Part shown: positions 1 to 12,265 of the stretch, in pieces
How positions within the stretch are numbered: the stretch's first letter is position 1
Layout of the letters: each line of letters opens with the position of its first letter
Source of the DNA: Sphaerodactylus townsendi
Lineage: Eukaryota
DNA length: 64,000 nucleotides
NCBI RefSeq assembly: GCF_021028975.2
Contig: NC_059430.1
Span: 101,308,001-101,372,000 of the forward strand
Direction: 5' to 3'
Notes under the pieces: model-generated
What the model saw: the letters and a program-made list of their open reading frames with translations, nothing else
The model's database searches: none
What the model was told of the DNA's origin: nothing
Program-made: the position numbers and the translations under genes

Positions 1-784
1 TGATTCAGCCCCAGGGATTTCTCAGCTGGTCTTTTGCAGGGCCTCATGGGCATGCAGCCGCCACTTCCCAAGTCACAATTCCAGCAAAGGATCCATCAGA
101 AATCTCCCCATTTATACAGCCAAGCCATGGCCTTGAAGGGGCCTCTTTTTTCCTCTCCGTGATGGAAGGACAGAGGTTTTGCTCACTCGGAGATGGAAAG
201 GAGAGAGTGTCTCTGGGGTAACAAAGGGAGATGGCCCTGGCTGATTTTAACACTAGTGGGGGGGGGGGGATGGTTCAAGAGCCCCTTATGTGTTTGTGCC
301 CCTCACACACAACCTTGATGTGCTTTTTTTTCATTACAGAAGGAAGTTAACTATCAGGGAGGCAAAACGCTTTGTACTTTAACAAGCACAGAAAGCAGCT
401 AGTGGGTCAAGTCAATGTTGTTGGCGAATCAATCCTTTTTAATTAAGAGTATGGTTTCTGTTAAAAATTAATAGCAAACAATATCCTTTTTTTCTGCACA
501 CGGGCCAGTGTACTGTTGATCCAAGAATTCCAGACAATATAATAATTACTTAGGATAAATATTGAACTTTTGAATGACCTTGTAAGGTACCTCTGCTTGA
601 TTGACTTCTGCACTGCACATGGGGTAGAGGTGAGGAGAAAGGAAGCAACCGAAAAGATCTAGCCTCAAGCCAGCTGGGGAGTTCACAGCAGAGAGATTTG
701 AACGTAGGACTTCCTGAATGACAGCATAATTCTGTGCCCTGTACCCACTCTCAAGGATGACACCAAACTCATATTTCAGCAAAT

Positions 785-1120
785 GTCAGTTTGGCTTTTG
801 TGGGTTTTCCAAGCTGTGTTGCTGTGGTCTAGTAGGTTTTGTTTTTAACATCTTTAGAAGCTGGCATCTTTAGAAGCATGTCATGATAAGTCGTGGTTCT
901 CTCCACGGCACAGGTGGGTAGACAGAAAGAGGGGTGTGATCAGAGTGTGTAGCCCCAGGCGGGGAAGGGGCCCAAGAAACGCATCTTACCATGACATGCC
1001 TCTGAAGATGCCAGCCGCAGAAGCGGGTGAAATGTTAGGAGCAAAAGCTACCAAAACATGGCCACGCAGCCCGGAAAACCCACAATAGTCAGTTGGTTCT
1101 GGCCAGGAAAGCCTTCAACA
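785..1120. mobile_element. Penelope-like (PLE) terminal-repeat palindrome with a degenerate hammerhead core
   Basis: Inverted arms (gtgggttttcc...catgtcatg / catgacatg...ggaaaacccac); CTGAAGA-TGCC...GGT-GAAA at 1002-1032. Confidence 0.6.
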
Positions 1121-3121
1121 AAATATCAGTTCCTTTGGCTAAACGCTTCCTGCCAGCTTTTCTTTGTTTTCATTGTGCCTTAAGTGGAACTTGGTACCTA
1201 CCAAGAGCTCAAAATTATTCCTTGTGGGCTTCTGGATCAGATAGGCCACGAATCAAACAACCTCCACTCCTTCACATGTCTCACTGCTGTGAATTCCAGA
1301 GGTGAACACAGACAGACAAACTCTGCACTGAAAATAATGGCTGTGATGTACTCATGGCTCTGACATCACTGACTTGCTGGTGTCATAATCCCCACTGACA
1401 GCCACTGCCAGGGCAGGTATCAGCATATGCTGAGGTAGGGCAGCTGCCAGGACTTCCAGTAGGGACTACTGCTACCAACTTGTCCCTGCCCTCTCGCCAG
1501 CCATGCTGTTGGCCACATGTGCTGCCCAGCACTATTAGGGTAAGGGGCAAACAGCTTGGAGTGTCCATAGTGGGAGGGCTTGCAAGGAAGTGAGCTGCTG
1601 GGGAAGGAGGCATCTATGGGCAGCTGGGGAGGGGGTCACAGGTGCGTGGGCAGAAAGAGGGGTGTAATTAAGGGTGTGGCAGCAGGCAGGGGAGGGACCC
1701 AAGAACTGCCTGCCTGAGGCTCCCAGGCACCCCACAAAATCTGGAACAAGCCCTGGCCGCAGAGCCCCGCCCAGTTCCACAAGCATGCCAGCGAGAGCAG
1801 CGGGAGGCAAACCTCAATTTCATTGCAGGGAGGTTAACCCATTTGCTAGAGCACAATTCTCAAATTGGCTTAGTATAACCACCCCTCCACCTCATATGAG
1901 GCTCTTTTCTTCCTGTCTTCCAACACATTGTTTATTTACTCCAGAAGCATTTCAGTAACTAGGCACCAGACATTACAGATACCAAGGAAGGTAGAAGGTG
2001 GGAGGGAGCATTCAGGTGAAAACCAACTGGAGGGGCTAGAGTTATACACTCCAAAATGTCTCTGCTGCAAAGCAGCCTCTCCAGGATGCAATATACAAAG
2101 AAGTCACTGCTGCAGCACGTGGCACTGGGGTTTTTTATTTCTCTGCAGCATAATCTGGTTTCTATAATCCAGGCAATCTCAAGGTTCAAGAGATCAAACA
2201 GGCTACCCTCTTCCCTTCATACCAAGATAAGAAAATGCTCATTTTGCAGCAATGTATTAACAAATGCGCACTACATTTCCTGAAACTTTCCCAGTTCCGG
2301 AAAATAGTTTTAAAAGCACTTACAAAACTAGCCAGGAGGAGATGAAGGATGTCAGTTTCCAGGCAGCCAAGAAAACAAACAGCCCAGACCAATCTTTCAA
2401 TCTAAGGCAGGGATTCACTGGTGTATCTCACACAGGGATAAACCTACGATAAGGCTCAGTAACTACCAGTAGCTGAATCTGACACCTGCAGCTGCAACTC
2501 AAGAACTTAAAAGTACCTAAACAGCAATTGGGGAAGTCCTGCACGGCTGTTAAAGTTGCTGTCCAGGATCTTTTGCTGGCCAAGCCACATTTTGCCATAA
2601 TTAGAGAACAGGTGGAACCTTAATGAGGCTCCTGGAGAACAAATCCATATGTATTTATTGTCTGTGTTCACCACATATTGCAGCATATACCTAAACTTTG
2701 GATGAGGACGCCAGCCAGAACATGAGCAAAAGTCAGCTACAGCTAAGTGTTCCAGGGGTGCAACTGTTAACTCCCCTCCCGAATCTTAAGTGGGATCTCA
2801 AGGGAAAACAAAGAGCATATATTTTGGGAAAGGGAGAAATATCTGTAATCCCACCTAATGCTCAAATCCACCACCTGCAATACTGGCTTTTTTTGCAGCA
2901 GGCAGGTAGACTTGCCAGGTTCTGTAACCAAGTACAAACTGTAGGCAGGGCCCAGGGATGAAGTAACTTTTCCTGGGATGCAAACAAGCAGTCACCGAAT
3001 GGATGATCTTCGTATTGCAAATGCATCCCCAGGAGATTCCTCATGAGGGAGGACACGCCGGTAAAAGCTTGTGGTCCAATCCACCCTCGTGACCCTCCTT
3101 GGCCCTCAAAGGTCTACTCAC

Positions 3122-3399
3122 GCCAGCTTTTTGAACCGCTCAAAGCCCGCCGCGACATACTGGCACCCGTTGTGCAGTTCTGCCAGTTCAGTGATTCGAT
3201 GGCCCTGCCTGGGTGTATAAATGCTCCGGATGGCTACAGGGGCTTGGATCCGGCTGGTCACGTCGTTCAAAAAGGCCTCAAAGGTCAGGAAGCGGCGCTG
3301 GCTGATCACAAACTTCCTGCCATTAAAGAAGGGGTCTCCGTTTCGAAAGATCACCACATTCTTGGCAGGAGGAGCCACAACTATGGTCTCAGAGGGCAT
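3122..3399 (-). CDS. DCDC2B: DCDC2B coding exon 1 (first doublecortin domain); later exons not found in window
   Basis: [48 protein letters not shown]...[12 protein letters not shown] is a DCX domain with the RNGD motif. Phase-2 donor GTGAGT at 3121. Lies next to IQCC as in human. Confidence 0.92.
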
Positions 3400-3593
3400 T
3401 TCCAATTCAATCTGTGGGCACCAGGCTGCGCATCCAGAGAAGGCACTTGGCAAAGGTATAAGTAGCTGGACCCCTCCTCCTGCTAAGGGAGGTGGTGGAA
3501 AGAAACTCCAGTGAGTTTCCTCAGTTGAGCAGCAAACCCTGCCAACTGATCCCTTCTCCCTTTGTCAAGCTTGGTTCGGAGTGCAACTCTAGT

Positions 3594-3607
3594 GTTTCCA
3601 TAGCATC
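3594..3607. promoter_or_regulatory. RFX X-box-like motif upstream of DCDC2B
   Basis: GTTTCCATAGCATC, one mismatch to GTTNCCATRGCAAC, about 200 bp upstream of the ATG. Confidence 0.5.
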
Positions 3608-3654
3608 AAATTCTGCCGGGAGGAGGAGCTTCATGGGTTGGCCAGGAAGATTAG

Positions 3655-4136
3655 AGTCTATATTGTATACAGTTCTGGACACCACAATTCAAGGGGGATA
3701 TTGACAAGCTGGAATGGGTCCAGAGGACGGCAACAAAAATGGTAAAAGGTCTGGAATCCAGGCCCTACGAGAAGAGACTTAGGGAATTGGGGATGTTTGG
3801 TGAAGAGGTGACATGATAGCCATGTTTAGATATCTGAAGGGATGTCATGTTGGTGAGGGAACAAGCTTGTTTTCTGCTGCTCCAGAGACTAGGACCAGGA
3901 GTAATGGGTTCAAGGTGAAAAAAGAGATTCCACCTAAACATCAGGAAAAACTTCCTGACAGTAAAGGCTGTTCAACAGTGGAACGCACTACCTCAGAGTG
4001 TGGTGGAGTTTCCTTCTTTGGAGATTTTTTAACAGAGGCTGGATGGCCATCTGACAGGAGCGCTTTGATTGTGTGTTCCTGCATTGCAGGGGGTCGGACT
4101 TGATGGCCCTTGGGGTCTCTTCCAACTATGATTCTA
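3655..4136 (+). mobile_element. CR1 LINE 3' fragment
   Basis: ORF2 end ([23 protein letters not shown]) and CR1 3'UTR ending in ATTCTA. Confidence 0.85.
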
Positions 4137-4425
4137 CTCAACAGAGACAGCAATCTTTTCCCAGCTCATAACTAATTTATTACTAAACCTGCAATACTAT
4201 GAGCCTCATTTTAGCACGAGAACTTATTTTTCAATGGTGCTTTTCAGTTGTGCAATATATGACATAACTGAGCATGAACAAAGTTTGTTTTCTCTAATTC
4301 ATATCATTGGACTAAGAATTAAAATATCGTTGCCATCAGCCTTGAGCCCCAACTACTCCCCTTTTCTGAGAGAATGTACTAATACGGTGTTATTAATACC
4401 ATTCCATACCACTCAGAAATGTAAC
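4137..4425 (+). repeat. ~290-bp segment duplicated at 34929-35220, in both cases directly after a CR1 3' end
   Basis: Near-identical sequence ctcaacagagacag...cagaaatgtaac at both sites. Confidence 0.9.
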
Positions 4426-6388
4426 ATCCAGTTACCATTGCATTAGAAAAGGGATGCACAGTCTTCATTTCACTTGCCAACCCGACAACCCTGCAAAATA
4501 TCTCATCATTCCCATTTCATGATCATAAATCATGGAGCAAGTAAATCATAACAAATTTGCTGTTCAGTAAATAGTCCATGTCATAATAAACAATGACACA
4601 TATAGAATCCATAACATTAGTAAGTTGTTTCAGGGCATCTTCCTGGAAATGAAAACCATGAGAAAACACCAAGTAGCCAAACGGAGTCAGCAGCTGGAGC
4701 TAGGCTTTGTTGCCAATCACTTGTACTTGCAGAGAAAGTATCCTCTCACGCTAGCCTACTATCAAGTCATGTTAATTCATTTGATCCCTTGTAGGATAGA
4801 AAAAGATAGTGTGGAGCAGACAGCTTGTCGAAGACATTTTTGTGGCCTAGAAACCTTTGTGGACTTTTTTGTAAAGTTGCTCAGGGTGACACATGGCCAG
4901 TTGGATTAATTCAGGCAAACATCCCTTTGAGAGTGTAAAGATAGTACTGGGCTTGATAAAGGCATGTGTGTGAGTATTTCTCCATATATCTTCCCATATT
5001 ATTCATTCATAGATGGGTAAGCCTGTGGGAGTTATTTTTTTAATGTAATGCACTTATTGAGCAGCAAGAATAGATTTCCCAGAGATACATTTGGATATGC
5101 AACTATACCTATACAAATACTAGTTTTCATAAAACATGGAAATATTCACACCTTTTCCAAAACCTACAGCGAGCTGGCCAGGTAGACCTCTGGTAGCAGG
5201 GTGTTCCACAAAGCTGCAGCAATTGAACTTAAGATGGGAGCAAAGATGATAGAAATCTCTAAAGGACTTGATGGCAGAGTGTAAGTTAACCAAATTAATG
5301 CATAGAGACCTCCTCTAATTTTGCGGCTGGGGCAGTGCCCAACAAGATACAAAGAGTAGACGCCAGACAGCGAAAAAACATTTTTATTCATAAATAGAAA
5401 AAAGAAGAAAATGCATTGACACCCCCAACAAAGCCCCTCTTTTACTAGAGACTCCACTGTCCAAATATTGGACCAGTAACGGTGGCTAGTGGCAGAAATA
5501 ACATAGGAACAGTCTGGCTGGACAACTGCACAACAGGGCTTACTTAAACACATACCTACCTCCACAGGTTGCAACCATGGAAAGTCCAGAAAAGAACTAG
5601 GGTTGAGTTGCAGAATTCACAGGGAGATTTTGAAGGTCTCCAAGGTGGAAGAACAGTGTTCTGGACACTGGCAACCACAAAGCTCTGGCCTACAACTTGA
5701 CATTTACAGAAACAAAATTCCTTCTTTCGAGTGCCCAACATGCAGCGACAGTCATCACACTCTGGTCAAACACTAGCTGGTTTAGCAAAGCTAGCAAAAC
5801 AGGTAGTTTCAGCTCGTGTTTGCCTCCATCAAGGGCTGCACAAATTCAGCCTGCAGAAATATCACTCTGGATCCCCAGCCACCGCTCCATCAGTGTGATC
5901 CAAAGAAGAACAGCATTTCTGTTGGTGTAGGAGGAAGAGGTGATTTCTACCCATTTTCCCCTCCTACTGCTGACTGCTGTTTTGCCCCCACCACTGTTCC
6001 TGAGGGTCCACTGACCTGCAGGAGCACAATTTTGGGAGGCACAGCTGCAGCAGGAGGGGGATGAGGGAGAGGGCTTTCTTTCAGCACAACTCCTGTCACA
6101 CTCCTTAGGATGTAAACTGGTTCCACACAAGGCACTTGTTCATGATACACCCACCACAAGAACATCTATGGTTTGAAAAGTCTGCAGGTCAGTTTTACTG
6201 CTGTTTTTACGAATCTCAAAGTGGAGCACAATCAAGGTCCAGGGAGGCCACATGGAGTGGTTACCTCCAGACAGCAACCACAACCTGACTGCTGCCATGG
6301 AGGGACTTTTCTTTCACTAGCAGCTGGCAAAGGAGGGTGGATTGCCAAGTCTGTGTAAATAGGGAACAAGTCCACAGAATAGCATTCG

Positions 6389-6427
6389 TTACTCTTGGTT
6401 CCACAAGCTCCGTTTCAGGTTCAGATA
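6389..6427 (-). CDS. IQCC: IQCC exon 5 (terminal, YLNLKRSLWNQE*)
   Basis: Pyrimidine tract plus CAG acceptor; resembles human YLLLKQTL; TAA at 6391-6389. Confidence 0.8.
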   Translation of the reverse strand, partial: YLNLKRSLWNQE

Positions 6428-6895
6428 CTGTGATGGGGGAAGAAGAGAGGGGGGGAAAAGGAAATCAATTCTGAGGCAGTTCAGTCAAAAATGGTATCTT
6501 GTGAAAAGCACGTGGTACACAGTAGCTTCCAAAGTAAATATTAAACCTGCATGCTGCTATGTGTTCATCTGCTCAGTTTCAAAAAGAATCAAGTAGATGT
6601 GTGCACACCCACAGTAACATCTTCTTCCCCAACTACACCCTCTGTCAGTTTTAAGCATCTGTTCAATTTGAGTACTAGGGGTTGAACATCCTCAGATTTA
6701 AAGAAACACTGATGCCCAGGCCCCTTGATTCTCCAATTCAAAGAAAGATGTGCCCTAATGCATCTCTTGCTCATAGCAGCTCTCTGCTTGCAAAAGTAGC
6801 CAACAAACGCAAAGGACACAGCAGCACACCTGCCCACCAGTAGTTTTGGCTCTAGACATTTATGGGAGCATGTGAAGCCCCAGAATGCTTCTTAC

Positions 6896-7014
6896 ATTCT
6901 TACGGCTGACGATGGCTTGCTGCAGCCACAGCAGTTCCATGGTGAGGTGCTTTCGGTACTGCTGGAGGTCAGGCAGAGCTTGGGGCATCTCTGGCACTCC
7001 CTGGAAACGGAGTT
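6896..7014 (-). CDS. IQCC: IQCC exon 4
   Basis: Encodes LQQYRKHLTMELLWLQQAIVSRKN, the conserved IQCC motif (MELLWLQQAI). AG/GTAAG flanks; phase 1 to 0. Confidence 0.92.
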
Positions 7015-7276
7015 CTGCACAATGAGAAATCAAAATTTAGGAGCCATCTCTTGTTCCTTTGATTCTCCATTCCCTCTGCACACTGATGAAATTTGGTGTG
7101 AAAGTTCTTAGGGGAACAGACCTGTTTGGGGGGGTGGTAGTGTTGATGCTACTTTGTGTAAAACATGTAAATGCTATAAAAACCAACTGAAATAGTAATT
7201 GCAGAGTGCACAAAAGTAGATTCCACAGCAGGAAAAGAGTTCAGATGTCCAAGGGAGTGGGCACTACATGCCTTAC

Positions 7277-7622
7277 CGTGGCTCAGTCTAGGAGACTCCG
7301 TATCGAGGACAAGGCTGCCCCATTCAGATGACACATTGCTGCAGTCTATGCTTTCTGTATTCTCTCCTAGCAGGACATGGGCATTCCCCAGGGGCTCAGC
7401 TGCAGGATGCTCAGGATCCGGCCTCACATCACCAGCCCCTCCTTCCACTGCCATTTCATTCAGAAGCCGGCTCGGAAGCTGCATCTCACAGTCATGTTCA
7501 GTTTCTGTTTGTAACATCTCTTGACAACTAAGCTTCCGCTCCTTGGTGGGGGCACTGCCCTCCTTGTTGAATCCAGCTTCCTGGCCATTTAAGTCCATTC
7601 CTTGATTTGGTGTCTGGGCAGA
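7277..7622 (-). CDS. IQCC: IQCC exon 3
   Basis: Open 346-nt frame (ORF 7149-7598), acceptor at 7623-7624, donor GTAAGG at 7276; phases fit exons 2 and 4. Confidence 0.8.
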
Positions 7623-8602
7623 CTAGATCGAAGACATAAAGCAGGGACACGGACATGAGAGAGGACAAGGCCCACCGGGTGCAGAAGATATGACAAGGCC
7701 CACCAGGCCCAGAATGTGAAATATTCCAATCATGTACACAGCCTTCTCTCTAGCACAGAGACCAACAAAGTAACCCGAGTCTCCTGCAAGACCCACAAAT
7801 ACATAATGATGCCAACTTCCAGAAGCAAGGGTCGACATTTTGAGAAGCAGTACCAAATCATCTATCAATGCACGTTTCCATCCACAAAGGCTTCGACTGC
7901 AGCATATCTATTTAAACACTTTGCTATCTTTTCTACACTACACTCACATGGATATTCTTCTGAGAAGAGATAATTCTCCCAATCAAACTAAGTTCACAGT
8001 TAACCTATTAATGCTCAAATAATGCATTGTGAGGTAACTGCCACAAGATGCAAATCACATAATGTGCCCTCAAAGTACCCCCTCCAAATAAGAGGCTGCC
8101 CTCCCACCCCAGGATTCTTTGTTATGGTCTTACCTTCTTCTAAACTGCTTCTTCCAGGAAACCCTGTGCCTGTTCTATACATTGGTTAATGGCTTGACAA
8201 TTGCTTCCTTAGGGACCATATTTGGGTGGTAAGACAGCACAGAAATGTCTTAAAAATGAAATTAAATATAAAACCTCCTTATACCAAACTAGGATACTGC
8301 CCAGTTTAGTTCAGTACTGTTGATTTTGATGGGTAACAGCTCTTCAGGGTCTGTTGCAGATATTGTTCCCAGTTAGTGAACTGCATTCCCCTGTATGCTG
8401 CATGAGACAGGGATCAATTTGCTTTATATAGATATCCTAACAGTGTCATTGTGGGCCTCTTCATCCTTATTTTATGAAAAATCAAGCAAACAATTCAATC
8501 GCTGCATTTTGAGAGGCCATTTCTGATTTTTCTACATTCCTTTCTGGTACAATTTAAAGTCTAAGATGTTAAATGAACTACTGCCTCCACCAACCCTTTT
8601 AC

Positions 8603-8746
8603 CTTTGAGAGAAACACAGGCTTTGGAATCGAGTGTTGACTCCATTGCAGCTGACCTAGATTCCCTTCAATCTGCTTTACAATGCTCTCATATTCTCCTT
8701 TTAAGTGCTGAAACTTTTTCCTGATGAGGTGACCCCGTACACATGC
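8603..8746 (-). CDS. IQCC: IQCC exon 2 (IQ motif second half)
   Basis: ACVRGHLIRKKFQHLKGEYESIVKQIEGNLGQLQWSQHSIPKPVFLSK; 144 nt with AG/GT flanks. Confidence 0.92.
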
Positions 8747-9277
8747 CTGGGAAGAAAGAAAAATTAAACAGAACTGACCAACTTCTCAGCACAAGACGAG
8801 GCCACACAGATCAACTGACTAGATTAGAACTTTTCTCGTTGGGTGTGCTAGACTTTTAATAGTCACCTGACAAGCACACTTTAACATCACTTTATCTCCA
8901 AGCCTGAAAAAGTTTCACCTGGTGAACTTCAATATGTTAGGCTGTTACCCAGGGGCAACGGCAGCAACAAAGATACTGTTTTAAAACAAAAAAAAGTGGT
9001 CCCATATGTTTGTCTAGTGACCTATGGGAATACTATGAACATTTTTTTGCTCTCACTCTTCGGAGTGAGGCAGCTGCAAAAAACAAAAACAAACCACTAA
9101 TGTTTTATCTATTTCACAGCATCGTTGTGACAGAAATATAACCACACGCCCTCCCTGGAGAAAGAGCATAATAAAATGAACATAATGAAATGAGGGCCTA
9201 AGAAACAAGGAGGAACAGACCCTCTCTTACTGATTTCTGTCCACCCCTCCCTGCCCCATCTTATTGTGTTATCCCAC

Positions 9278-9328
9278 CTGCAGCGCCTTCACTCTCCGCA
9301 GAAACCGCTCTCTTTCCTCTACTGCCAT
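9278..9328 (-). CDS. IQCC: IQCC exon 1 coding part
   Basis: MAVEERERFLRRVKALQ, donor CAG/GTGGGA; joins exon 2 to form the IQ motif LQACVRG. Confidence 0.88.
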
Positions 9329-9530
9329 CTTCCTCTTGACCACCTTCCAAGCAAGCACCGGCAGAGACCGTTCCCGCTGCCTGGGCAACCGCGCTTGCCG
9401 ATGACGTTGTGAAGCGCGACGAGACACGGCCGCCTTGTTCCCTCTTGCAATTCCGGGGAATAACCTCAAGGTGGCGATGCCCAGCAGACGCCGGTGGTTG
9501 TCTGAGGGCGAAGCGCGGCGCCTTGTGTCA
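9280..9530 (-). promoter_or_regulatory. IQCC: CpG-rich IQCC promoter/5'UTR with X-box-like motif
   Basis: CpG cluster around exon 1; GTTGCCCAGGCAGC (minus strand) at 9376-9389; TGACGT at 9402. Confidence 0.6.
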
Positions 9531-9556
9531 CATTTGACTTGCACATTAATTTTGTT

Positions 9557-9783
9557 TAAAAATATTTCTCAAGGTCACAGCAGAAAATGCTTGAAGAGTT
9601 TGAAACCAGCACTTCACATCTGCTTTCAGTGGCAGTCTATCCCTCCTCTTTGTTTTTGGTTCAGCCTTAAGGTTTTGAGTGGGGACCTTGCCATTGCTTG
9701 CCTCTAAGTGGCAACCCTTAAGGGTGAACCAAAAACAAAGACTCTTCAAGCTTTTTCTGCTGTGGCCTTGGGAAAACATTTTA
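9557..9783. repeat. Foldback inverted repeat (probable decayed MITE) upstream of IQCC
   Basis: caaggtcacagcagaaaatgcttgaagagt plus ctttgtttttggttcagccttaagg pair with ccttaagggtgaaccaaaaacaaagactcttcaagctttttctgctgtggccttg. Confidence 0.8.
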
Positions 9784-10926
9784 TGACCATCATGCCCCCG
9801 TGATTGTCCTGCCCTTGTGTGATTTGAGCCCACTCCCCTACAATTCTTCAGTCGTCGCCCCATTCGAAAGAACAGTGATTGTTGCAGTCGTGCATTAATT
9901 TGAACTGATCCCTTCTCACCAGGGAATTCTCTTAGGAAATAGTCTGTTTCAGGCATGTGCATCTGAAAAGTAATGGAGGAGACTCAATGTCTGGGCCAAG
10001 GTCTGACCCTATCAGGCTCAGACCAAACTAATGCAGAACTGTGGGCTTTCTGGGGTTAATTCCCCCTCCCCCCACATACACACACACACACTTTTGTCTC
10101 TAGGCAGCATCCCCTGGGAAGCTGGGAGCATCTAATGGACATAGGCTCCAGAGGTTGATGGATTCCAAACCCCAGGTTAAAATAGTGGGAGTCAGAGTGT
10201 CAATCATCCACAGAGGCCAAGAGAAAGTATCTTGACCAACATAATTTAGTTAAGTCTATCATGCAGAGGAGGTTGGTCCTTTAACTTATGAGGAAATTTC
10301 TGGTGGGCTGCTGACAGCCAAGAACAAACTTCACAGCATTGTTCACACTATCCAGCCTCAGACTTGTCCATTGCTTCCTTGTGTGCTTCTCTGTTTCCGC
10401 TCTGGGGCAAATCTGAGTTGAACAGCCCCTGTGAGTGCAGGAAGCCCCACCGAGGCACAGGGTTGTCAAATCTAGGTTGAAACATTCCTGGAGATTTGTG
10501 GGGCTCACCTGGAGGTTCCCCAGGCTCTACCTGAAGGTTGACAAACCCACTGAGATACTTGACTTGCTAGGTCAACTTTAAATATGCCAAAGCTGCTCCT
10601 GCTAACCTGGCTGAGCCCAGACCCATGCTCCAGGGCGCCAGGTTTGTGAGATATCTGCCTCACTCATGCTTCTCCAGATAGAGAGTCCTGAGGGAAATGG
10701 GGAAAGAACCCACAGAACAAAACATCCCAATTACCAATTCTGGAACATAAATCAAAGTGAAACGGGCTACACTGGATCAACATATTTTCATTTAAAAGGT
10801 GTCAATGAGTCAATACAACTGGCTTTTGACAGGAGTGGAAATCATTCTTAAAAGGAGATGTAAACAAGTGTATGAGAACACTGAATTACAAGGGTCCTGG
10901 AGAGACCCCACAAAACTGGGGGTACC

Positions 10927-11275
10927 TGTCAAGCCCCAGATCTGTAAAACAATTCACAACTCTAGATTTCAAATCAGAAGCCTTTATTGACAGACATCGG
11001 CATGCCTAAAGAACTGGCTTCAGGTACAGCCTTTTATCCCCCTCCCTTCTCCTCACCCCATATTAAAGACAGAGTAAAACGTGACAGGAATGCTACAGCA
11101 GTTGCTCTCACAAGGTTCACTCAAAAGAGATAAGGTCAGGCGCCGGCACCTTGGTGCCCCTAATTTACTACAAGTTGCTAATTAAGAGTAGGTGGGAAAT
11201 CGAAAGTAAAGTGAAGGTCCATTAACATAACAGAACACAGGCTGCTCTTTGATGTCCGGAAGCCCCTTCCTGACA
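10927..11275 (-). mobile_element. Solo LTR (Gypsy/ERV-type)
   Basis: TGTCA...TGACA termini, 5-bp TSD gtacc/gaacc; TATA-like GATAAAAG near 11035 and AATAAA at 10988-10983 on the minus strand. Confidence 0.7.
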
Positions 11276-11467
11276 GAACCCAATCTATTGGTTCATATTG
11301 CCCAATGGACAAACAGGTCTGTGCCTGTGTGACCTTTGACCTTTTGGATCCCTATTTGCTCACTCCAGGAATCAGCATTACTATTATAAAAAGGTTCAGT
11401 GTTCGATAATGATACACATTAAACTACATACTAATTTATTACATGGACATTCCATGTACTTAGAGCA

Positions 11468-11645
11468 AGGTTGAAATTCAGTAGCACCATAAAGACCAAC
11501 AAGAGTTCCAAGGTGTAAGCTTTTGATAGTCAAAGGGACTCCTGACAGCTTATTCCTGAAAATCTTATTGGTCTCTAAGGTGCTGCTGGACTCGAATCCT
11601 GCTCTTCTTCTGAAGATCTATTGAGCTACCCAGCTGAAACTACTG
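11468..11645. mobile_element. Short palindromic Penelope-type repeat, second family (related copies near 18655-18725 and 29495-29665)
   Basis: agtagcaccataaagaccaacaag...cttattggtctctaaggtgctgctgga inverted arms. Confidence 0.5.
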
Positions 11646-12151
11646 CATGTACTTCAACACTCTATCTATTGGCAGCCTGGGAAGATCTTATGAAAGAGCC
11701 CCCCAAATCTATGCTTCACCCTGTTACCTTGCTGTCTTCAGAGGATCCCTTGCAAATACTCGCCAAATCACCCAGTCCGTTGTCACATAGCAGTTCACAT
11801 TTCTAACACTTTTCAGATGGATTAACAAGAAGCACCTGGAGAGCTTGCGGGCTGCTGTCCCCACAGAAACGCCATTTTAATTCTATCATGCCACCTCACT
11901 GAATTTTCTACGTCAAAGAAAACCCTCTGCTACTGTTGTCAGTTTGTTTCCCATTAACCAAACCACAAACAAGGTTGCACAAAAAAATCAAAATTGTGTG
12001 CTCAGGACTGCAGCCTCAATAAAAAGGGAGCAGGGAGGGAGTCATGGCCAAATGGCAGAAACAACTAAATTCTGTTAATTGTATGGTCAAATTTCTTGAG
12101 AGTTCACTTAACAGTGGACAGAGGATGGTTCATGTGGGTAGCCCACACCAA

Positions 12152-12265
12152 GGCTGCTTTCACACACATTGGATCATGTACTGTCAATGCGGTTTACAAA
12201 ATCCATTTGCAAATTATTGATAAGTGACACTGAAAGGGCATGATGCAATGTGTGTGAAAGAAACT
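12152..12265. mobile_element. Decayed Harbinger-type MITE
   Basis: TIRs ggctgctttcacacacattg / caatgtgtgtgaaagaaact. Confidence 0.5.

Noticed and set aside
1500-1850. G-rich segment ending in a possible hairpin plus CTAG (Helitron-like)
   Set aside because: No clear 5' TC terminus and the hairpin is too degenerate.
1-3121. Search for DCDC2B exon 2 onward
   Set aside because: No phase-compatible segment resembling the expected sequence was found; the exons probably lie left of the window.
4234-4446. 70-aa ORF (MVLFSCAIY...) repeated at 35029-35349 as a candidate micro-protein
   Set aside because: It lies in the duplicated TE-associated segment; differences between copies are mostly non-synonymous and the C-termini differ.
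8133-8238. AG...GTAAG-bounded segment in IQCC intron 2 as an extra exon
   Set aside because: Stop codons in the required frame; exons 2 and 3 join in phase without it.
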